Shown here piece after piece: positions 11,198 to 20,502 of a stretch of DNA of 32,000 nucleotides (position 1 is the stretch's first letter; every line of letters begins with the position of its first letter). The position numbers and the translations under genes are program-made. Source of the DNA: Candidatus Saccharimonadota bacterium. Its GTDB lineage: Bacteria > Bacillota_I > Bacilli_A > Mycoplasmatales > Hepatoplasmataceae. The stretch covers positions 240,001-272,000 of the forward strand of contig NZ_CP006932.1 of NCBI RefSeq assembly GCF_000582535.1, given 5' to 3'. The notes beneath the pieces are model-generated. The model searched no databases and was not told where the DNA came from. It saw nothing but the letters and a program-made list of their open reading frames with translations.

Positions 11198-11962
11198 TTA
11201 AACTCAAAAAATATTATAACTTCCATCTGAAAGTTCTAATTTATTATCATTATTTATAATTCCTAATATCTTATCACTTTCATATAATTTATAAGCCTTA
11301 TTTGCAAGTTCTTCTGCTGTTATTGATATTTTTTGTGCTCAATCCTTAAATTCTTCGATTTTTTCATCTTTAAGTTTTGTTTTTGCAAGAGCTCTATTAC
11401 CAAATTCACTTTCTGTTGCTCCTGGAGCTAAAACTTTTACTTTTATTTTTTTGTTTAATTTTTTTAATTGTTTTGCTACACCTTCTGTTCAAGAAGCAAC
11501 AAAGATTTTTGAAGCTGAATAACTTATTGCTCCTGAAAAAACACCATATCCTGCAACTGAAGATACATTTATTAATTGAACATCTTTATCTAAATTATCT
11601 CTTATAAACATAATTGAAAGTGTAGTAAGAGTTTTAATATTTAAATCAAGCATTTTTTTGATTTTATCAAGATCTGAATCTCAAGGTAAATTCATATCAC
11701 CAAATCCAGCATTATTTATAAATAATTCAATATCATATTTTTTTACATCATTATAAAATTTTTCTACTTCTTGCTCTTTTGATAGATCAACTGTAAAGAC
11801 AACAACATCTATTTTATATCTATTTTCTAAGTTTTTTTTAATTTCATTTAACAAATTTGTTCTTCTTGCTACAATTATAAGATTATGACCTTTGTTTGCA
11901 AATTTTTCAGCAAGAGATTTTCCTATTCCTGAACTTGCTCCTGTAATTAATGTATATTTCAT
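11198..11962 (-). CDS. Short-chain dehydrogenase/reductase, paralog 4 (254 aa)
   Basis: The N-terminus is MKYTLITGASSGIGK, with NNAGFG downstream. It is very close to paralog 3. The frame continues through TGA 11681-11683 to TAA 11200-11198. Confidence 0.9.
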
Positions 11963-11985
11963 TCTAATCTCTCTTTCTTGAAATA

Positions 11986-11991
11986 ATTATA
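11986..11991 (-). promoter_or_regulatory. Putative -10 box of SDR paralog 4
   Basis: Minus-strand TATAAT lies 24 nt upstream of ATG 11962. Confidence 0.4.
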
Positions 11992-12014
11992 ATTAAATTT
12001 AATAAAATTATTGT

Positions 12015-12222
12015 TTATGATATTATTATATCTTCTATTTTTGTAACTATATTTTTATCATCATAAATTTCAATTGTATATGTTCCAATAATTAAATCAG
12101 CAAAATTCAATCCAATATTATCACCTTCATTTAAATTAATTTGTTGTATCTCTCACATGATTAAGAATAGCAGTTTCTTTTCCGTTGAAAGCAGGAATAT
12201 TTACATCAAATGTAATAGATTT
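12015..12222 (-). pseudogene. Promoterless, start-less, frameshifted relic of one SprB/Ig-like repeat domain
   Basis: The minus strand reads SITFDVNIPAFNGKETAILNH, then after a frameshift INLNEGDNIGLNFADLIIGTYTIEIYDDKNIVTKIEDIIIS*. This is homologous to the 94-aa units of 24513..27332. A TAA lies directly upstream and there is no start codon. Confidence 0.6.
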
Positions 12223-14065
12223 TTATCCTTTGATATATCAATTTGCAATATCTATATTTTAAATAAATATGGATATATTTTTTTTATTATATTAATTTTG
12301 GATTTTATTAAATATTACAAATTGCTTTATTTTTTCTATTGATATATTTTTTAGTATTCTAGTAAATAATTAAAATAGATATTAAACGATCCTCATATCT
12401 AACATTGATTAATAAAATCACAAAATTTAAATAATTCTTATTATTTGTTTAGTCATAATTAATTACAATATTTAAAATATTAAATGCGAAATTTAAATTA
12501 CTAAATAACCTTTAGATAACCTTTTAAAATAAAATTTATAATATAATTTTTTTAATTGATGTAATAATAATTTCTGCACTTAACGCAGCATCAATTATAT
12601 TAATTGTTTTATCAACATTAAAAGAGAAATAGCAAGCCCCAATTCCAACAAAATCATATCTTGTAGTCCCATCATATACAATATCTTTTGCATACATTAA
12701 TTGAGTATTACCAATATCTGCATAAGTACAATTAATCAATAAGAAATCTGCGTTACTATAATCATCCATATTTATTATTGTACCGCTTACTTGTGCATTT
12801 AAATCTATTGGTGCAGGAATTCCATTTACTCCTCACATTGTTGCTAAAAAATCACTCTCTCTTGCTTTTGTTACTGTACCGTTCAAAGTATCTGTGAAAG
12901 TTAATTCTCCAGAATAAGATACATTACTTCCGTGTTGTTTTTGTAATCAAGTATTAGTTACAATTAAATCACTTATTTCTCTGATAGGATAACCATATTG
13001 TGGTTTTACTGCTGTACCAGCACTTGTGTTAAAGTATCATTTAGAAATTATTAAATCATAATTAGTATAGTCTTCGTTTAACACAAATTTATCACCATAA
13101 CCAAATGCCCCGTTTTCTAAAATTTTAGTAATAGTAATATTATCAATTGCTTTAATTCAATTTAAACCTTTAACTGAATTACTTACACTTTCTCTTGTTG
13201 TGTCAAAAGTATTATCACTTGTTCTTTTTATAGCAACATAACATTCATCTCCTTGTGGATCGTTAGGGTTAAATGAATTTAAACAACCAGTAGTTCATTC
13301 GTTTAAATTAAAATCTGATCCAACAATAAATAAGTTTTGATAACATTGAATATTGTTTTCTGGTATTAAATTTCCCTTTGTAATCATTAATATATGATTA
13401 AAATCTTCTCCATCATTAACTGGAATATCATTACTGTTTGGGGGAATTAAAGAACCATCATCAGGTGTCACAATATCAATTATTTCTTCATCTCCACCAC
13501 CATCTTCAGATGAATCATAATCATTAATTATAAATGATGTATTATCAATCAATTCAGTATCACAATAAACTTCTATATTATAATATCCGGGAGGTAAATC
13601 AGTAAATGTTAATCCTGTATTTATTCCCTCGGATAAAGTAATTGGTTCTGTTCCACTTGCTGGATTTAATACAGCAATTGATGTTCCATTACAATCTGAT
13701 AAATAAACATCAAAGGAAACTGTACCATTTCCATCTTCAGTAGTTGGATCAGTAGGAACAATATTATCAATTATTGCTGATGGGAATGGATCTATTGAAC
13801 AATCTTTACAAGTAGATAAAGAATCAAGACTTGCTTTAATATCACCAATAGCATTATTTATAATATCACCTAAGTTATTTACTGCTGTATTTAAACCATC
13901 AATTTGATCTTGCAAACCATCAGTTAATCCAAGAAGTGTATTATCTCGAACAACTGTATCATTAGTACTTTCTCCATATAATTTTTCATCTGCTTGTGTA
14001 AAATCTCCAAAAGCTTCAGTAGATGTATTTCCCAAAACTGTATAAGTTACATGATCAGTATCAAC
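12197..14065. repeat. Segmental duplication copy A (about 1.87 kb, ~99% identical to 18636..20502)
   Basis: The two copies are offset by a constant 6437 nt, with one 2-nt poly-T length difference near 12270. I found about ten substitutions by eye. Identity drops sharply outside both ends. Confidence 0.85.
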
Positions 14066-14566
14066 CATATTATTATTAATTAAATCATCAATCGCTTCTT
14101 TATTAGTTTCATTTACTTCTTTTTGTGTTTTTTCACCTTCGGAATTATAATTTATTGTATTTATAGATAATATATCAATATTTCCTCCATTGCAGCCATC
14201 AATCATAATTACAATTAAATCAAGGCAATTAATTTATTGATTTGATTTATTTCTTTTTGTGTTGAATCGCCTTATAATATAGAATCCATTATACTAAAAG
14301 AAGGAGTATTTATTTTCCCATTAAGATAATTAATTTTCTTATTCATATTAATAATTCAGAACTAATTTCAGTAATATTTATTTTATTTTTCTTATTGACT
14401 TCTTTCTGCGTTTTATCATTTTTTAAAGTAGAATTAATTGTATTAATTAATAATGTAAAGTTTTTATTGACATATTTTCATTTACTTCTTATTGAAATTC
14501 TCATATTTCTATTGTTGGATTTATAGTTACTATATGTGCAAGATTAACATATCCTACTTGACTTTT
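12536..14566 (-). pseudogene. Decayed, internally deleted fibre-family paralog P1: ruined 5' part, intact 556-codon 3' ORF (12536..14206) with no family promoter or SD; candidate silent cassette
   Basis: 14207..14566 holds recognisable but stop-riddled family sequence, e.g. LAHIVTINPTIEIWEFQ*EVNENMSIKTL against SAHVQTVNPVAEGGGFQQEVNENITQSINSI, and TINSTLKNDKTQKEVNKKNK. The ORF from ATG 14206 continues through TGA 13295-13297 to TAA 12536. It is nearly identical to the 3' half of 18973..22818. The conserved ~150-nt leader seen upstream of the other paralogs is absent. Confidence 0.6.
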
Positions 14567-14632
14567 ATATTTGATTAAGTTTTATTTTCCTCTTTAAAAC
14601 TTAATTTTATTTTATTAATCTATAAAAAATAT

Positions 14633-17600
14633 TTATAATTTTATTCCTCATAATTTCATAGTAAAACTAAAATTTTTGGTATAACTTCCATCAGGATTAA
14701 ATATAAAATAGCTTGAATCTGCTACAGAAGAAATATAATATCTTGTTATTCCATCTGCAATTATATTTTTAGCATAAATAAATAAACCACCTCAATAATT
14801 CTTTGATCTATCTGAAACAAATAATAATGAATAATCAGAAGTTATGAATTTAGTATTTGTTAATTCTTCAAAATTTTCTCAATTCATACCTCAAATCATA
14901 TTAAAAGCAAGTTTAGTATAACCATTATCTGCTTTAATATTAAGAGTAGTTCCACTAATTGTACATCATGATTCAAAAGAAGCATAAGCGAGAACAATTT
15001 CATTGTTATCAATATCTCCTGTTTTTACTGCAATATATTGTATATGTTCATCACTATCACCAAGATTTGCAGTTGATTTAGCAATTATAAAATCATAATT
15101 ATATAAATCTTCTTTTATTGATATACTATTTCCACTTTTAATACTTACTTCATTATCCAATAATTGTGTGATTGGTTGTTTAAGTCCCTTGATAAAATCT
15201 AAACCATCAATAACACCCCCAAGATTTCTTAATGTAAATGTATTATTTGATGTTACTTTTAATAATAAATTACTATCATCACTAGTAACATAAGTTAAAT
15301 AAATATTATATTCTGGACCATTTAATTCTAAATTAGTTCCAATCATCAATGAATTTCCTATTCCTTTTCCATCACTTAATGTTGTATTAGTAAATAATAA
15401 ATTATAGTCGTTTAAATTACCATTTGTTGTTCCGCCTTCTTTATCGGGTGTATCAAAATCTATTAAATCATCAAAACCATCATCTGTAATAATTGGTTCA
15501 GAAATTATAAATGATGTATCATCAATCAATTCAGTATCACAATAAACTTCTATATTATAATATCCGGGAGGTAAATTTGTAAACGTTAATCCTGTATTTA
15601 TTCCCTCGGATAAAGTAATTGGTTCTGTTCCACTTGCTGGATTTAATACAGCAGTTGATGTTCCATTACAATCTGATAAATCAACATCAAAGGAAACTGT
15701 ACCATTTCCATCTTCAGTAGTTGGATCAGTAGGAACAATATTATCAATTATTGCTGATGGGAATGGATCTATTGAACAATCTGTACAAGTAGATAAAGAA
15801 TCAAGACTTGCTTTAATATCACCAATAGCATTATTTATAATATCACCTAAGTTATTTACTGCTGTATTTAAACCATCAATTTGATCTTGCAGACCATCAG
15901 TTAATCCAAGAAGTGTATTATCTCGAACAACTGTATCATTAGTACTTTCTCCATATAATTTTTCATCTGCTTGTGTAAAATCTCCAAAAGCTTCAGTAGA
16001 TGTATTTCCCAAAACTGTATAAGTTACATGATCAGTATCAAGTACATCACTATTAATTAAATCATCAATTGCTTGCGTATTTGCATCAATTGCTTCTTTA
16101 TTAGCTTCATTTACTTCTTGTTGTGTTGTTCCACCTTCAGCAGTTGCATCAACTGTAGCAACATCTGAAGTATTTGGATCACTTAAATTATCAAGCTGAT
16201 CATTAATATCATCAATCGCTTCTTTATTAGCTTCATTTACTTCTTTTTGTGTAGATCCACCTTCAGTACTAGGACTATTAGTATTAATAACAGCGGTATC
16301 ACCTTCTACTGGAACACCATTATTAATAAGATCATCTACTTCATCATTTAAATTATCAATCGCTTCTTTATTAGCTTCATTTACTTCTTTTTGTGTAGAT
16401 CCACCTTCAGCAGCAGGATCTGCAGTGGGAACATCAGAAGTATCTCCATCAATTATATTATCTACTTCATTATTTAAATTATCAATCGCTATTTTATTAT
16501 TTTTATTTACAATTTCTTGTGTTGCTCCACCTTCAGCAGCAGAATTTGAAGTGGGAACATCAGAAGTATCTCCATTACGAATATCATCAACTTCATCATT
16601 TAAATTATCAATTGCTTCTTTATTAGCTTCATTTACTTCTTTTTGTGTAGAACCACCTTCAGTAGTAGGATTATTAGTATCAATAGTAGAAGTATCACCT
16701 GGTGTAACTCCATTATCAATAATATTTTCTATTTCTGTATTTAAAGTATCAACTTCATCATTTAAATTATCAATCGCTTCTTTATTATTTTTATTTACAA
16801 TTTCTTGTGTTGATCCACCTTCAGCACTAGAATCTTTAGTATCAATAGTAGAAGTATCATCTGATGGAACACCATTATTAATAAGATCATCTACTTCATC
16901 ATTTAAAATATTTATTTCTTTATTTAAAGTATCAAATTCATCATTTAAATTATCAATCGCTTCTTTATTATTTTTATTTACAATTTCTTGTGTTGATCCA
17001 CCTTCAGCACTAGAATCTTTAGTATCAATAGTAGAAGTATCATCTGATGGAACACCATTATTAATAAGATCATCTACTTCATCATTTAAAATATTTATTT
17101 CTTTATTTAAAGTATCAAATTCATCATTTAAATTATCAATCGCTTCTTTATTATTTTTATTTACAATTTCTTGTGTTGATCCACCTTCATTTGTGGAATC
17201 AGCAGTATTAATAGTTGAAGTTGTAATATCATCGCAATCGCAACCAGAAGAATCACAACCACATTCCATACAATCAATCTTTTCATTAATATCAGAAATT
17301 TCAGAATTAACTTTAATAATTTCAGAATCTAAAGTAATAATACTTTTTTTATTAGCTTCATTTACTTCTTTTTGATTTGGCCCACCTTCAAAAAAACTAT
17401 CAACAGTAGATACATTTTCTGTATTGGTTTTTAAATCATTATCATCAATCTTAGAACTAATATCATTAATTAAAGTATTTATATTATCAATGTCTTTTTT
17501 ATTAACTTGATTTATTTCTTTTTGATTTATTCCACCTTCTAAAGTAGTATCGACCGCTTTAATAGAATAAGTAGTATTAGCTTCTCCAAAAGATTCCATT

Positions 17601-18202
17601 TTATCATTAATATCAGAAATATCTGAATTTAGTGAATCAAAATTAACTTTATTTTTTACATTAATTTCTTGTTGTGTTGTTCCATTTTCTAAAGAAGAAT
17701 TAGTTGCAATAATTTTTGAAGTATTTATATCAAAATCTAAATTATCAATTTTATCATCAATTATAATAATTGAATCATTTAAATCATCTATGTTTTGTTT
17801 ATTTTTTTCATTTACTTGCTTTTGTGTTGTTCCACCTTCAGAAGTAGAATTAACTGTTTCGATAGAAGAAGTAATAGTTTGTATTAAAGTATTGCCATTA
17901 ACAATATCATTAAATCCATCATTTAAATTATCAATATTTTGTTTATTTTTTTCATTTACTTGTTGTTGTGTTGTTCCACCTTCAGAAGTAGAATTAATAG
18001 TATTAATAGATGATGTAATAGTTTTTACTTTAGTACCACCACTTACAATAGAATTAATACTTTGTGTAATATTTTCATTTACTTCTTGTTGAAATCCTCC
18101 ACCTTCGGTAACAGGATTTACTGTTTGTACATGTGCAGAATCAGTAATTGATGCTGTAACTTTTTTTTCCGCAAAATTACTTTTATTATATTTATTTTCC
18201 AT
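14633..18202 (-). CDS. Fibre-family protein P2 (1189 aa): acidic N-terminus without signal peptide, 14 EGG-TQ-EVN-NK-AID units, Cys cluster, coiled-coil segment, CxxC hinge, one SprB/Ig-like domain, unique C-terminal module
   Basis: Track ORF 14966..18202 continues through TGA 14966-14968 and four more TGA codons. I translated it codon by codon to TAA 14635-14633, ending ...FSFTMKLWGIKL*. The N-terminus is MENKYNKSNFAEKKVTASITDSAHVQTVNPVTEGGG. Confidence 0.85.
16801..17166. repeat. Intragenic tandem duplication, 2 x 183 bp (61-aa unit AEGGSTQEIVNKNNKEAIDNLNDEFDTLNKEINILNDEVDDLINNGVPSDDTSTIDTKDSS)
   Basis: The anchor tttcttgtgttgatccacc occurs at 16801, 16984 and 17167, a period of 183 nt. 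The two full copies look identical by eye. Confidence 0.85.
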
Positions 18203-18360
18203 AATTTAATTTACCCCATATATTATTTTATTTAAATTTAATAATTTTTTACAATAAAATAAAACATTTCTTCTTATTTTTAAATTAACTCTAAAATAGA
18301 TAATTATTTATCATATCTTGATATATAAATAATCTATTATCTTAATTATAATTATATTAA
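18203..18360 (-). promoter_or_regulatory. Conserved upstream leader and promoter block of P2 (-10 at 18351-18356; inverted repeat TATCA-N5-TGATA at 18309-18323)
   Basis: This block aligns with the regions upstream of P3 and P4. Shared elements are CATAATTTAATTTAcC, TAATTATTTATCA..TTGATAT, TTATCTTAATT and ATTATA(A/T)T followed by an A-run. Confidence 0.45.
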
Positions 18361-18424
18361 AAAAATAAAACAATTTTTTTATTTTTTTAATATATACATA
18401 TATAGAAATTAATATTCAATATTT

Positions 18425-18661
18425 TTATTTATTTTTTAATAAAATTACTGGTTCTGATATTATGATATCTTCTCTTTTTGTGATTAAATTTTTATCATCA
18501 TAAATCTCAATTTTATATGGTCCAACCATTAGATTATCAAATACTAATTCAATATTATCCTCTTCATTTAAATCAATTGGTAATTTATTTCCTGCAGGAT
18601 TAAAAACAGCAGTTCCTTTTCCTTTGAAAGCAGAAATATTTACATCAAATGTAATAGATTT
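18425..18661 (-). pseudogene. Start-less relic of one SprB/Ig-like repeat domain (78 codons, open frame)
   Basis: The minus strand reads SITFDVNISAFKGKGTAVFNPAGNKLPIDLNEEDNIELVFDNLMVGPYKIEIYDDKNLITKREDIIISEPVILLKNK*. TAA 18664-18662 lies directly upstream and there is no start codon or SD. It is homologous to 12015..12222 and to the 282-bp units. Confidence 0.6.
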
Positions 18662-20502
18662 TTATCCTTTGATATATCAATTTGCAATATCTATATTTTA
18701 AATAAATATGGATATATTTTTTATTATATTAATTTTGGATTTTATTAAATATTACAAATTGCTTTATTTTTTCTATTGATATATTTTTTAGTATTCTAGT
18801 AAATAATTAAAATAGATATTAAATGATCCTCATATCTAACATTAATTAATAAAATCACAAAATTTAAATAATTCTTATTATTTGTTTAGTCATAATTAAT
18901 TACAATATTTAAAATATTAAATGCGAAATTTAAATTACTAAATAACCTTTAGATAACCTTTTAAAATAAAATTTATAATATAATTTTTTTAATTGATGTA
19001 ATAATAATTTCTGCACTTAACGCAGCATCAATTATATTAATTGTTTTATCAACATTAAAAGAGAAATAGCAAGCCCCAATTCCAACAAAATCATATCTTG
19101 TAGTCCCATCATATACAATATCTTTTGCATACATTAATTGAGTATTACCAATATCTGCATAAGTACAATTAATCAATAAGAAATCTGCGTTACTGTAATC
19201 ATCCATATTTATTATTGTACCGCTTACTTGTGCATTTAAATCTATTGGTGCAGGAATTCCATTTACTCCTCATATTGTTGCTAAAAAATCACTCGCTCTT
19301 GCTTTTGTTACTGTACCGTTCAAAGTATCTGTGAAAGTTAATTCTCCAGAATAAGATACATTACTTCCGTGTTGTTTTTGTAATCAAGTATTAGTTACAA
19401 TTAAATCACTTATTTCTCTGATAGGATAACCATATTGTGGTTTTACTGCTGTACCAGCACTTGTGTTAAAGTATCATTTAGAAATTATTAAATCATAATT
19501 AGTATAGTCTTCGTTTAACACAAATTTATCACCATAACCAAATGCCCCGTTTTCTAAAATTTTAGTAATAGTAATATTATCAATTGCTTTAATTCAATTT
19601 AAACCTTTAACTGAATTACTTACACTTTCTCTTGTTGTGTCAAAAGTATTATCACTTGTTCTTTTTATAGCAACATAACATTCATCTCCTTGTGGATCGT
19701 TAGGGTTAAATGAATTTAAACAACCAGTAGTTCATTCGTTTAAATTAAAATCTGATCCAACAATAAATAAGTTTTGATAACATTGAATATTGTTTTCTGG
19801 TATTAAATTTCCCTTTGTAATCATTAATATATGATTAAAATCTTCTCCATCATTAACTGGAATATCATTACTGTTTGGGGGAATTAAAGAACCATCATCA
19901 GGTGTCACAATATCAATTATTTCTTCATCTCCACCACCATCTTCAGATGAATCATAATCATTAATTATAAATGATGTATTATCAATCAATTCAGTATCAC
20001 AATAAACTTCTATATTATAATATCCGGGAGGTAAATCAGTAAATGTTAATCCTGTATTTATTCCCTCGGATAAAGTAATTGGTTCTGTTCCACTTGCTGG
20101 ATTTAATACAGCAGTTGATGTTCCATTACAATCTGATAAATCAACATCAAAGGAAACTGTACCATTTCCATCTTCAGTAGTTGGATCAGTAGGAACAATA
20201 TTATCAATTATTGCTGATGGGAATGGATCTATTGAACAATCTGTACAAGTAGATAAAGAATCAAGACTTGCTTTAATATCACCAATAGCATTATTTATAA
20301 TATCACCTAAGTTATTTACTGCTGTATTTAAACCATCAATTTGATCTTGCAGACCATCAGTTAATCCAAGAAGTGTATTATCTCGAACAACTGTATCATT
20401 AGTACTTTCTCCATATAATTTTTCATCTGCTTGTGTAAAATCTCCAAAAGCTTCAGTAGATGTATTTCCCAAAACTGTATAAGTTACATGATCAGTATCA
20501 AG
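18636..20502. repeat. Segmental duplication copy B (partner of 12197..14065)
   Basis: See copy A. It covers the relic's 5' edge, about 310 nt of non-coding DNA and the 3' ~1.5 kb of P3. Confidence 0.85.

Noticed and set aside
11377-11607. 76-aa + strand ORF inside SDR paralog 4
   Set aside because: It is antisense to an SDR gene with all catalytic motifs, and gives a Leu-rich low-complexity product.
12157-12342. 61-aa + strand ORF
   Set aside because: It spans the antisense of the Ig-like relic plus duplicated non-coding DNA, and has no SD or recognisable features.
12197-14065. Diversity-generating retroelement (template/variable repeat pair) between the P1 and P3 tips
   Set aside because: The few mismatches I saw are not adenine-specific (minus-strand T/G, T/C, A/C and others) and are spread over coding and non-coding DNA. 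No reverse transcriptase gene is present in the window.
16425-17375. 316-aa + strand ORF antisense to P2 (similar ones at 17790..18092, 22373..22675 and 28633..29160)
   Set aside because: These are mirror images of the repetitive minus-strand genes. They give low-complexity Ser/Phe/Leu/Val-rich products with the same periodicity, no SD and no independent conservation. The minus strand carries the coherent domain architecture.
18662-18972. Polymorphic-toxin logic (variable C-terminal toxin followed by an immunity gene and orphan modules)
   Set aside because: The ~310 nt after the P3 and P1 stops contain no plausible ORF in either strand under table 4. The three tips look like diverged versions of one large fold rather than unrelated small toxin domains.
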